From positions 36,270,001-36,334,000 of the forward strand of contig CM059449.1 of assembly GCA_030390025.1 (NCBI GenBank): a DNA stretch of 64,000 nt. Reading direction: 5' to 3'. Below are positions 50,040 to 62,749 of the stretch, one piece after another. The notes under the pieces were generated by a model. That model saw nothing but the letters and a program-made list of their open reading frames with translations, did not search any database and had not been told where the DNA came from. Positions within the stretch are counted from its first letter, which is position 1, and each line of letters begins with the position of its first letter. The stretch is from Squalus acanthias. Taxonomy: Eukaryota. Both the position numbers and the translations under genes were made by a program.

Positions 50040-53000
50040 GTACATAAAATACTTAAAAACTGAAAGAGAGGATGAGAATAGGGAGCACGAATAGGTTAGG
50101 AATATAAGTAAAATAAAACAATTCAGAAGGCAAAGAGTAACAATAAGATTATATTATCAAGGAATGTAAAAATAATAAGTAAATTATTAAATATAAAAGA
50201 TACATCAGGATAGGAATAGGGCTAGTGAGGAATGAATAATTTAAAATCATTTAAAATTACAGGTAATAACAGCGAAATGGCAGCAATATTGAACAGTTAA
50301 CTTGCCTCATTATTGACCAGGGCGATTAATAGGTTGGGAATGACAGCAGAAGAAGAGATGATGTTTAAGGTAGAAAGGGAGTAGATAATTAACAAACTAA
50401 CCAAACTTAGAGAGGGTACAACTGGATGGATTGAATCCGAGCATGTTTAAAGAAGTTAGGGAAGAGATAGCAGAGGCACTGTTACGTATATAAGAAAACA
50501 TTAGAAAAGGGAATAGTACTCGAGGACTGGCCTTGCAGCTAATATTAATATTTTGAATGGAGATAGAACAAACCCAGGGCCCTTTAGAACAGTTAGCTTA
50601 ACGGTGGTGGTAGGAAAGATAATGGAATCTTTACTCAAAGATGTAATAGAAATATATTTGAGGGACAGAAATTCATCTCGAACTCTGGAGCAAAAACGGC
50701 GGTATTGGATCGGCCACCTGTTATACGCAGCGCCTGATATTTAATCCCATTGCCTGCGATGGAACTGAATATTGGGCGGTGTGTCGAACAGGCGGCGGAA
50801 GCTGTACCGCCCGTTTGGCGCTACCGCCCGTGACAAAGGTCTAACGGACAGAATCCGGGCATACAGTAAAGAATAGTCAGCACCGATTTCAAAGGGGAAG
50901 ATCATGCTTGACTAATCTTGTTCAATTTTCTGAAGAAGTTACAGAAAGATTAGATTATGTTAATGTAGCATATGTACTATATTTAGATTTTAAAAAGGCC
51001 TTCGATAAGGCATTCATGATAGTGGACTCATTGAAGATGTCAGGACACGTGGAGTCAGGGGAAATGGGGCAGAATTGATAGCAAACTGCCTACAAAACAG
51101 AAAAAATAGCGTGTGGGTTAAGGTTAGCTACTCAGACTGGCAGAAGATGGGACGTGGTGTTACACAAGGTTCAGTGCTGGGACAACTGATATTTACCAAT
51201 TACATAAACTATTTCGACTGTATTCAGAAGTACAAATTCCAAATTTGCAAATACAACAACAACAACGTGCATTCATATAGTGCCGTTAACACAGTAAAAC
51301 GTTCCAAGGCGCTACACAGGAGTGTTATAAGACAAAAACATTGACACCCAACCACATAAGGAGAAATTAGGGCAGGTGCCCAAAAGCTTGGTCGAAGAGG
51401 TAGGTTTTAAGGAGCGTCTTAAAGACGAAAAGAGAGGTGGAAAGGCGGAGAGGTTTAGGCAAGGAATTCCAGCGTTTCAGGCAGCGGCAACAGAAGGCAC
51501 GGCCACCAATGGTTGAGCGATTATAATCAGAGATGCTCTAGGGCAGCATTAGAGGAACACAGATATCTCGGAGGTTTGTGGGGCTGGAGGAGATTACTGA
51601 GCTAGGGAGGGGCGAGGCCATGGAGGGATATGAAAACAAGGATGATAATTTTGAAAACGAGGCGTTGCTTAATCGGGATCCAATGTAGGTCAGCGAGTAC
51701 CGGAGTGATGGGTGAACAGGACTTGGTGCGAGTTAGGACACGGGCAGCCGAGTTTATGGATGACCTCAAATTTATGCAGGGTATAACGTGGGAGGCCAAA
51801 CAGGAATGCATTGGAATTGTCCAGTCTAGACGTAATAAAGGAATGGATGAGGATTTCAGCAGCAAAGGAGCTGAGGCAATGTTGAAAACGGGCAATGTTG
51901 CAGGAGTGGAAATAGGTGGTCTTAGTTATGCCACGGATATGTGGTCCGAAGCTCATTTCACGGTCAAAGGTTTGTGAACAGTGTGGTTCAGCCTCAGACA
52001 AATGTTAGGGAGAGGGATGGAGTCAGTGCTAGGGAACGGAGTTTGTGGCGGGGACCGAAAACAATGGCTTCGTTCTTCCCATTATTTAATTGGAGAATTC
52101 TGCTCATCCAGAACTGTATGTCGGACAAGCATTGACAATTTAGATACAGAGAGAAGTGTTGGTGATGTGGAGCTGGTTGTTATCAGTGTATATGTGGAAA
52201 CTGACACTGAGCTTTTGGATGATGTTGCTAAGGAGCAGCATGTAGCTGATAAATAGTACGGGGCCAAGGATAGATCCTTGGGAGACTCCAGAGTTAATGA
52301 TGCGGGAGCGGGAAGAGATGCCATTGGAGGTGATTCTCTGGCTACGATTTGATAGATAAGAATGGAACCAGGCGAATGCAGTCCCACCCAGCTGAATGAC
52401 AGTGGAGAGGTGTTGGAGGAGGATGAAGTGATCAACCATGTCAAAGGTTGCAGACAAATCAAGAAGGACGAGGAGGGATCGGTTAACTTTGTCACAGTCA
52501 CAACGGATGTCATTTGTGACTTTGATGACAACCGTTTCGGTACTGTGGCAGGAGCGGAAACCTGATTGGAGGGCTACAAACATGGAGTTGTGGGAAAGAT
52601 GGGCACGGAATTGGGAGGCGACAGCATTTCAAGGACTTTGAAGCGGAACGGGAGTTTGGAGATGGGGTGGTAGTTTTCAAGTACGGAGGTGTCATGCGTT
52701 GTTTTTTTGAGGAGGGGGGTGATGACAGCAGATTTGAAGGAGACGGGGACAGTACGCGAGGAGAGAGAATCGTTAACAATGTCAGCTAACATGGGAGCCA
52801 GAAAAGGAAGTTGGGTGGTCAGCAGTTTGGTGGGAACAGGGTTGAGGGTGCAGGAAGTGAGGGTGGAGGAGACAGGGAGAGGTGTAGAAGGAGACGGTTT
52901 GCAGTAGAGAATAGAAGCCGGAGTTTATCTTTGTATTTCAGAATGATTCTGGAATAGAGTACAATTTTGGCAGATGGGAGCAGGGCCTCTTAATTCTTTA

Positions 53001-53990
53001 CATGGTCCAGCCAGATCTGGTGGTGAATGGCTAAAGCAGTTGTACAAAATAGCTGTTCAAGTCTGCGTCCCTTGGAATTAAGGGAACGAAGGTGAGGGCT
53101 GTACCAGGGGAAACGGACAGCGTGAGAGAAAATAATTGTTTTAATTGTGAGTAGGGCATCAAAAGTAGTGGTGAAGGTTTGATTGAGCAGATCGGTAACT
53201 GCAAAAATGTCGTGGAGGATGGATGGCCAAAGGCTGGGCAGTTGGGATTTCTTTAGTGCAGTTGTAAGAGAGTTGGGAGAGAGTTTTTTCCAGGGTTGGA
53301 CACAGAAGGAAGTTGGGTTGGGAGTGGGTGGGGGTGACGGGGATGTGGGTGAAGAGCGATACGAGGAAGTGGTCAGAGATGGCTTTAACTGCGATTGACA
53401 CAATGGGACTAGCGAGTCCACGAGAAAAGCCAAGGTCGATGAATATGATTTGGGGAGCTTACATGGGGGGAGAGCACCAAATTGGGAGGTTTAGTCAATA
53501 ATAAGAAAGACTACGAAAAATTACAAGAAGACATTAAAGAACTTTCAGAATAGACGTGTGATTGGCAAATGAATTTCAATATAGAGAAGTGTGACGTGGT
53601 CACTTTGATAGTAAGAATAAGGACGCCACATATTCCTTGGAAATTAATAGCCTAAATGCAGTACAGGAGCAAATTGATCTACTGGTACAGATATCCATGT
53701 CGCTAGGATACATTTCTAGAGGGATCTAATTGGAAAGCAGTGAAGATACGTTAAATTTACATAGAACCGTGTTTAGCCGACACAGAGCACTGTGCACAGT
53801 TCTAGTCTCTATGATATAGAGGCACTGGAGAAGGCATAAAAACGATTTACAATGATAATACCTTAACCAAGAAGTTCTAACTTTTAGGAATGATTGAACA
53901 GGCTGGGGCTCATTTCTCTGGAAAAGAGAAGACTGGGAGGGGGCGGGGCTGGTAACCTGCTAGAGGTCTTCAAGATTATGAAAGGGTTGT
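50040..53990 (+). mobile_element. Decayed CR1 ORF2 split by a MITE (~50660-50860) and an L2 insertion
   Basis: RTVSLTVVVGKIME, YLDFKKAFDK, GVTQGSVLG, SKFA (~51250), resuming with TKLGG (~53475) and NRLGLISLEKRRL. Confidence 0.85.
51255..53445 (-). mobile_element. L2-clade LINE (RT and 3' tail), nested in CR1
   Basis: QSGFRSCHSTET, LVLLDLSATFDMVDH, GVSQGSILGPVLF, HSFITSRLD, LADLHWIP; tail GCACTATATGAATGCACG(TTG)n. Confidence 0.93.
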
Positions 53991-53994
53991 TTAA

Positions 53995-55345
53995 TGGGTT
54001 AGTTTGGGGGCAATGGGTCAGTTTAGGGGTGAGGTGCCAGCTTGGGGTGAGGGATCAGTTTCGGGGTGATGGGTCAGTTTGGGGCTGATGGGTCAGTTTG
54101 GGGTGATGGGTCAGTTTGTGGATGATGGGTCAGTTTGGGGGTGATTGGTCAGATTAGGGGTGATGGGTCAGTTTGGGGGTGATGGATCAGTTTGGGGTGA
54201 CAGGTCAAGTTGGGGCTGATGGGTCAGTTTGGGGGTGATGGGTCAGTTTGGGGCAGATTGGTCAGTTTGTGGTGATGGGTCAGTTTGGGGTGATGGGTCA
54301 GTTTGGGGGTGATAGGTCAGTTTGGGGGTGATGGGTCAGTTTGGGGTGATGGGTCAGTTTGGGGTGATGGGTAAGTTTTGGAGTGATGGGTCAGTTTGGG
54401 GGTGATGGGTCAGTTTGAGGGTGATCGGTCAGTTTGGAGGTGATGGGTCAGTTTGGGGGTGATTGGTCAGATTAGGGGTGAGAGGTCACGTTGGGACTTA
54501 TGTGTCAGTTTTGGGTGATTGGTCAGATTGAGGGTTGATGGGTCAGTTTAGGGGTGAGATGCGAGTTTGGTGTGAGGGATCAGTTTCGGGGTGATGGGTC
54601 AGTGTGGGGCTGATGGGTCAGTTTGGGATGATGCGTCAGTTTGTGGGTGATTGGTCAGAGTAGGGGTGATGTGTCAATTTTGGGTGATCGTTCAGTTTGG
54701 GGTTAATGGGTCAGTTTGGGGTGATTGGTCAGATTAGGATTGATGGGTCAGTTTAGGGGTGGGGTGCCAGTTTGGAGTGAGGGACAGTTTCGGGATGATG
54801 GGTCAGTTTAGGTGTGATGGCTCAGTTTGGGATGAGGCGTCAGTTTGGGGTGATTGGTCAGATTAGGGGTGATGGGTCAGTTTAGGGGTGATGGGTCAGT
54901 TTTGGGATGATAGGTCAAGTTGGGACTGATGGGTCAATTTGCGGGTGATGGGTCTGTTTGGGGCTGACGGGTCAGTTTGGAACTGATGAGTTAGATTGTG
55001 GTGATGGGTCAGTTTGGGAGTGATGGGTCAGTTTGGGGTGATGTGTCAGTTTGGAGATTATGGGTCAGTTTGGGGGTGACGGTTCAGTTTGGAGTGATGG
55101 GTCAGTTTAGAGTGTTGGCTCAATTTGGGGCTGATGGGTCACTTTGGGGACGATGGGCCAGTTTGAGGGTGATGGGTCAGTTTCGGGGTGATTGGTCAGT
55201 TTGCAGTGATGGGTCAGTTTGGAGGTGATGTGTCGGTTTGTGGGTGATGCTTCAGTTTGGGTTGATGGATCAGTTTGGGGGTGAGGATTCACATTGGGGG
55301 TGATGGGCCAGTTTGGGGGTGAGCGGTCAGTTTGGGGTGATGTGA
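53995..55345. repeat. 18-19-bp G-rich minisatellite, ~70 copies
   Basis: Unit GG(G)GTGATGGGTCAGTTT(G). Confidence 0.97.
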
Positions 55346-55409
55346 CACTTAGACACAAACAGATGGAGGTTTATCAATGGACCTGAGGGCTCAGTGCCTG
55401 TTGTCGACA

Positions 55410-55790
55410 GTGACCTCACCGTGCAGATATGACAGACAATGTAGCCGCCGCCAGCCCCTGCCAATACCCGGAAGTTAAATTACCGTGCCAACGAGCAGCC
55501 AACATACCCCTCCCCCTCCGCCACATGTCCGGGTTCAGGTGACTCCATCTCCCATGGTGCAGCGGGTCCTGTGCTGTCCATCGACGGAGCCTTTTCTCCG
55601 CCGTGCTGCATTGTGGGCAGGTGGTGCCACCATCGCTGCCTCCGCTGCCCCGGAAATTCTTATAATTCCTTCATAGCTCTTCCTGAGTAATGTGAAAAAG
55701 GTGAATCCTCTTGCATGTGAAGCAAACGCTATTATATTATTGGAGATGAATAGAAAGTGTCTTGTGCAACGTTAATGATTATTTGAATAA
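55410..55790 (-). promoter_or_regulatory. CpG-rich promoter and first-exon module, copy 2 (paralog of 42420-42850)
   Basis: Shares TCAGGTGACTCCATCTCC, CCATCGA..GGAGCCTTTTC, GCCGTGCTGCATTGTGGG and CCTGAGTAATGTG with copy 1; CCGGAAGT; GTGAG donor on - strand near 55419. Confidence 0.6.
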
Positions 55791-56049
55791 TGAGAAAATT
55801 CCTTAATTTCCATATAACCTTGTGGGAGGCAATTCGACCGGGAAGATCATTCATGTCAAATTCCTTCTTCTGGTATTGTACAGGAGCCAGTGAACCGGTT
55901 ATTGTGAAACGTTTAAGGGCTCCAATAAATACAAAGTGGATTGTTGTATCAGACGCATCATTTTCTGCACAATCTTATCCAGAGGTGGAATCCACACGTC
56001 TCTTAAACGAGAGGACACAATAATTTCACCTCCTCTACTCTGTTACTGT

Positions 56050-56738
56050 CTACACAGTTTTGGTCTCCATAATATTAAAACGTGTATAGAGGCACTGGAG
56101 AAGGTGTAAAGAATGATTCTCAAGGGTGACACCAGTGCTAAGAGGATATATATAACAGGAAAGGCTGAACAGGTTGGGACTCTTTTCTCTAGACAAGGGA
56201 AAGCTGAGGTGTGAACTGATAGTGGTCTTTAAAATGATGACATGGTTTCATAGGTTAGACGTTAGACGTAGAGAACATGTCTCCACTTGTGGGGTGACCA
56301 AAACTAGGAGCCATCAAGATTAGATAGTCAGTAATAAATCAAATAGGGAATTCAGGAGAAACTTCTTTTCACCCAGAGAGTGGTTAGAATGTGGAAACTT
56401 CTACCACATGCAATAATTAGGTGAATAGCATAGATGCAGGTGAGGGGAATCTAGATTCGCGTATGCGGGAGAAAGGAATATAAAGTTATGCTGATGGGCT
56501 CAGATGAAGCGGGATGGGAGGAGGTTCATGTGGAGCACAGACCAGTTGGGCCGAATGGTCTGTTTCGGTGGTGTAGACTCGATGTAACTCGATGTAATAT
56601 TAAAGAGGATTGATGACTTTAAATGGGATGCAGGGAAATAGAGTCCCGGAGTTTCTGTACACAAATCTTTGAAGGTGGCAGGACAAGTTGAGAAGTCTCT
56701 TTAAAAAGCATAACTATGGCTTTTTAAATAGAGGCATA
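56050..56738 (+). mobile_element. CR1 3' fragments; the second is cut at the duplication boundary
   Basis: CR1 C-terminal and 3' UTR motifs; last piece ends at AATAGAGGCATAG. Confidence 0.8.
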
Positions 56739-58650
56739 GGCGAAGATTTTCACCTTGTCGCTGGAGCCTGAAATCGATGTTGCAGATTGGCCACCGGTGC
56801 TAGAAATTCGTCTTATTCTCATTCCCATTTTAACCACAGGGTTAGCAGCAGAGTACTACACTGGCCTCGCTCCCTTCAGTTACAGAGGGAGAAGTGGCCT
56901 CGGGATTTGCTCCGGACAACTGTGTTGGCGATGCTGCTGGTGAAATGTGAGTGTGTGGACAGGATCGGGCGCGGCTGTGTTTCCAGTAATTGAACAGTGT
57001 TTGCAGTCACTGTTTCTGCTCACAGATGGAGACTGTCTACCTGAGGCCAATGTCGGAGTCAATTGTACTAATTAGGAAGGTATAAATATTAACAAAACAA
57101 AATTTTAAATCCCTGGCGTGCCATTATTCAGTGCGGCCGTTACGTAATGTCTAAAACGCCAGTTTGTGCAAATGCAGATGAGATTTGACAATGTTCCTTC
57201 AAAGTTAAACAAGTTAGTAATATTTGAATTAAGTGACTGAAACATAAGTCGGGGTGAAATGTTTATGCAAATTGAGTTGTTTCAGTAGTAAAGCAATTGC
57301 ACTTAGATGAATACATGGAAATTCATATATCCAAATTTGCCGACTACACAAAATAGGTGGAATTGTAGGCAGTGTAGATGGAAGCATAACATTGCAAAGG
57401 GATATTGACAGATTAAGTGAATGGGCAAAACTGTGGCAAATTGATTTCAATGTAGGCAAATGTGAGGTCATTCACTTTGGACCTAAAAAGGATAGAACAG
57501 GATACTTTCTAAATGGTGAATTCTACAAACAGTGGAGGTCCAAAGAGACTTGGGGGACCATGTACATAGATGATTAAAATGTCATCAACAGGTACAAAAA
57601 ATATTCAAAAAGGCTAATGGGATGCTGGTCTTTATATATAGAGTTCTAGAATACAAGAGGGTTGAACTTATGCTGCAGCTGTACAAAACCCTGGTTAGAC
57701 CGCACTTGGAGTACTGTGAACAGTTCTGGGCACCACATCTTAGGAACCATTTATTGGCCATGGAGGGAGTGCAGCGTAAGTTTACCAGAATTATATCCGG
57801 ACTTCAAGGGTTAAGTTACAAGGAGAGATTGCACAAATTAGGGTTGTATTCCCTAGAATTTAGAAGGTTAAGAGGTGATCTGATCGAAATTTTCATGATA
57901 TTAAGGGATACAGAAAGGGTAGACAGAGAGAAACTATTTCCACTGGATGGGAATTCTAGGCCTAGGGGGCATAGTCTAAAAATTAGAGACAGACCTTTTA
58001 GGAGTGAAATTAGCAAATACTTCTACACACAAAGGGTGCTGGAAGTTTGGAACACTCTGCCGCAAACGGCAATTGATGCTAGAACAATTGTTAATAGTAA
58101 ATCGTAGATTAATAGCTTTCTGTTAACCAAAGGTATTAAGGGCTATGGTGCAAAGGTGCGTATATTGAGTTAGGTCGCAGATCAGCCAGGGTCTCATTTA
58201 ATGGCGGAGCAGGCTTAATCCTCTTCCTATGTTCATATGTTCCTCTGATTAACGATGATTATTTCAGCGTGTTCTTGGATCCAAAGCAATTCTCGCCTTT
58301 GACCCTCTCAGGTTCTGGTTAAACACCTTTGAAATCTAGGGAGTGAAATCCAAATGTTAGACAATCCCGAGATGATGGTGCAGAGCACAGTACAGAGAAT
58401 GAAGTGACTTGTTCATTCTCTTTACATGGTCCTTCCCCTTCAATGTAGCTGAGTGGCAGTTCGTTTAGTGCACAGGAGCAGCGGGACTAAAGAGTGGTCG
58501 ATTCTCACTGCTTTCGCCCGGCGTTAACGGGGCGGTAATGGCTTCCAAATGGGGTCGGTAGCCTTATCTTCCCGGTAACGTTGTGCAGGTTCCAATCAGT
58601 TCCACAGGCGATGGAACTGGAGAGATTTGCTTGCACTCCGGACTGCCGGG

Positions 58651-58935
58651 CTGCCAAGTCACTATCGCCCGATTTGCTGCCAAGTCGCAATCGCCATTTT
58701 GCTGCCATGTCACTATCGCCCGATTTGCTGGCAAGTAGCTCTCTCCCATTTTGCTGCCAAGTCGCTTTCTCCCATTTCGCTGCTAAGTTGATCTCTCCCA
58801 TTTTGCTGGCAAGTAGCTCTCTCCCATTTTGCTGCCAAGTCGCTTTCTCCCATTTCGCTGCTAAGTTGATCTCTCCCATTTTGCTGGCAAGTCGCTCTCT
58901 CCCATTTTGCTGCCAAGTCATTATCACCCGATTTG
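58651..58935. repeat. 26-bp minisatellite (~11 copies) with 78-bp higher-order unit
   Basis: Unit CTGCCAAGTCGCTCTCTCCCATTTTG; a three-unit block is repeated nearly exactly. Confidence 0.92.
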
Positions 58936-61900
58936 AACTACCGCCCAAGACAATTTTACACCCCAATGGGTGTCATTTTAATTATTGGTGTTAATGTAAA
59001 ACGGGCGATATTGAATTGGGTATCTGTTATTCACCTCTTCCGATTTTTCCATGAAGTCAATGGGAAAGAAAATTGGGGGAGGTGTGCAACGGGCGGCTGA
59101 TCAGATATCGCCCGTTTTACCCTATCTCCAAATCTAAAAATGACTCCCAATGACTCTCCAACCTGTCTTGCCCCTATGAAGGTGCCATGATCGCAGTAGA
59201 CACGGGCAATATTTGCCCTAATGGGGCATTATTTTTAACACCTGGGAGTTCTAGTTCGCTTTGTGCTCTTCTGATTACATTTCTACCCTTTACCTTAATG
59301 TCACTCTGAAGCCATTTACATCACAACCTTAGATTTGGTGTGAAGGGATATTCTGGAGGAGGCAGTCTCCCTCCACTTCACCTGGTAGTCAGGTGGGGTC
59401 CTGGATCTGGATTTACACTTAAACATCTGGCGTTAAGCCAAACCAGCCCTTAGGGATCCTCAGGCTGCAGTGTGAATGTGGCCTATGGGAAGAGAAAGTA
59501 CTCGCTCCAATGCAGAATCAGGAACGCTATTAAACTTGCATTGTCACTGAGACAATTAGTGTGGATCTGTGTCCTGTCAGCCCACTTTCATTCACTTCTA
59601 GGAATTAAGGTTCGCCTTTAAAACGTTTCAGAGGAATTGACCCTTTCCATGAAGTGTGATGCTGACCTCCATTCTTAAATCTGGGTTCTTTTGATTGGCA
59701 GGTTGTGGGGTGCTGCATAAGGAAGTATTTCAAGTATCCACCTTGTTCCGAAAAGACACACTTTCAGAGAGAACACTTGATGATGTTGGTAATAAAGGTT
59801 TTTTAGCAAGTATGCTTCCCTCTGAACATATCAATCAAACATAAAATCATGTTGATGCTGATGGTGTTACCATGGGGAAAGTTTTCATGTGTGGGCCACC
59901 TGTTAGAAAACGTAAAGAGGTGACATTGGGCTCAGGGGGTAGCGCCAAATGGCGATAGCGAATCACCAGCCAGTTTCACAACAACCCCATGGGCTTTTCT
60001 ATTGACTTCAATGAAAGGGCGGCCGATTCACAAGTGGATATTTTGTGTTATCGTCGAAGACCAATTTCGCCCCCTAAATTGATTAACAAAGAACTGGATT
60101 TCAATTTCACTACACTTAGGGCACGTGCATATCGAAATAAACAGAAGTTACAACATGGAAACAAATCCTTCAGCCCAACCAGTGCGTATCGGCATTTACT
60201 CTCCACACAAGTAAATATTACTAATCACATTTACCCACCCTGTTCTCATATCCCTTCAACCCCTTTTCCCTTTGTCCAACTTCTCAATCTAATCTTAAAT
60301 GTTGTGATAGTTTCTGCCTCAACTTCACTCACTGGAAATGGATTCCACAGCCTCACAACGCTCCGTGAAAAGAATCGTCTCCTACCTTCTGTTCTAAATC
60401 TCTAACATTTAACCTGGTATCTGTAACCCCTCAATTTTGACCTTCAACTATTGGAAACCGTCTGCTTCTATCTACCCTGAGCCATCCGTCCATCATTTTA
60501 AACACTTGTATTATGTCACCCGGTATAGCATTGTTCAAATAAAAAGGCGCATTTTCCAAGCCTTTCCTTATATTTGTGTTTCCTTCTATCAGGCCGCATC
60601 CTAGAGAATTCACCTTGTAGCTTCTCGAAAGCTCAAGATCCCACCTATCGCGTGAAATTCAATACTGCACACAGTGCTCTAACTCAGGGCTTATTAAGGT
60701 TTTATAGAGGCTCATAGTTACGTCTTGGCTGAAATGTTCTGTACCTTTGGGGTTAAACCTAGAATTCCATTAGTAAGTTTGCCACGATAAGATACCATTT
60801 GTTCTCAAACAATTCAATAAATGAACCATTTTAATCCCACTCCAGAGAATTGAGCATTAAAATCTAGGCTGATAGTAGTAGGGAAAATGCTAGAGTCTAC
60901 TATAAAGGATGTGATAACAGGACACTTAGAAAATATCAACGGGATGAGACAAAGTCAACATGGATTTATGAAAGGTAAATCGTGTTTGTCATACCTACTG
61001 GAGATTTTTGAGGATGTAACTGGTAGAATAGATAAGGGAGAACCAGTGGATGTGGTGTATTTGGATTTTCAGAAAACCTTTGATAAAGTCCCACATAAGA
61101 GGTTAGTGTGCAAAATTAAAGCACATGGGATTGGGGATAATACACTGGCATGGATTGGAAATTGGTTAACAGACAGGAAACAGAGAGTAGGAATAAATGG
61201 GACTTGTTCGGGGTGGCAGGCGGTGACTAGTGGGGTACCGCAGGGATCAGTGCTTGGGCCGCAGCTATTCACAATATAAATCAGTGATTTGGATGAGGAA
61301 ACCAAATGTAATATTTCCCAGTTTGCTGACGACACGAAACTTGGAGAGATTGTGAGTTGTGAGGAGGATGCAAAGAGGCTTCAAGGCGATTTAGACAAGT
61401 TGATTGAGTGGGCAAATACATGTCCGATGCAGTATAACGTAGATAAATGTGATGTTATCCACTTCGGTAGGAAAAACAGAAAGGTAGAGCATTATTTAAA
61501 TGGTGATAGATTGGGAAATGTTGATGTACAAAGGGACCTGGGTGTTCTTGTACACCAGTCACTGAAAGCAAACATGTACGTGCAGCAAGCAGTTAGGAAG
61601 TCAAATGCTATGTTGGCCTTCATTGCAAGAGGATTTGAGTACAGGAGGAAGGATGTTTTACTACAGTTATACAGGGTCTTGGTGAGACCACACCTGGAGT
61701 ACTGTGTGCAGTTTTGGTCTCCTTACGTAAGAAAGGATATACTTGCCATCGAGGGGAGCAACGAAGGTTCACCAGACTGATTCCTGGGATGGCAGGACTG
61801 TCGTATGAGGAGAGATTGGTTCGACTAGGCCTGTATTCATTAGAGTTTAGAAGAATGAGAAGGGATCTCATTTAAACGTCTTAAATTCTGACAGGGCTAG

Positions 61901-62749
61901 AAAGACTGGATGCAGGCAGGATGTTTCCCCTGGCTGGGGGGGGGGGGTCTAGAACGAGGGGTCACAGTCTCAGGATACGGGGTAGGACATTTAGGACTGA
62001 GATGAGGAGAAATTTCTTCACTCAGAGGGTGGTGAACCTGTGGAATTCTCTACCACAGAAGGCTGTGGAGGCCCAGTCACTGAATATATTTAAGAAGGAT
62101 ATAGATAGATTTCTAGACGCAAAAGGCATCGGGGGTATGGGGAGAGAGCGGGAATATGGTATTGAGATAGAGGATCAGCCATGATTATATTGAATGACGG
62201 AGCAGTCTCGATGGGCCGAATGGCCAATTCCTGCTCCTATTTTTCAATGTTTGTATGACACTCCAGTGCAGTACTGAGGGAGTGCCGAACTGTCGGAGGT
62301 GCCGTCCTTCAGATGAGATGTTAAACCGAGGCCCTATCTGCCCTCTCAGGTGGATGCAAAAGATCCCATGACACCAGCTCGAAGAAGAGCAGGGGAGATC
62401 TCTCCGGTTTCCTGGCCAATATTTATCCTTCATTCACGATCATTAAAAACAGATTATCATTATCACACCACTTTTTGCGGGAACTTGCTGTGCGCAACTT
62501 GGATGCCGCGTTTCCTACATTACAACAGTGACTACCCTGAAAACGAAAGTACTTCATTTGCTGTAAAGCACTTTGGGACGTCCTGAGGTCGTGAAAGGCG
62601 CGCGATATAAATGAAAGTTTTTCTTTTTCTTTCTTTATAACAGATATTTACAATTCAAATATAATCCTGGGGCAGGCCAAAGGATTTTCTGCAAAGCCGC
62701 TGTGTCATACTTTTACAAACAGGGGTGTAACATTATACCCTCGCCTTAC

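Noticed and set aside
55790-56023. 77-aa ORF (SNSFFWYC) as a third GPCR fragment
   Set aside because: No transmembrane pattern or alignment to the neighbouring GPCR.
58505-58994. Repeat-protein ORFs (TWQQNGRELLASKMGEINLAAKWEKA)n
   Set aside because: By-product of the 26/78-bp minisatellite; absent from the paralogous arm.
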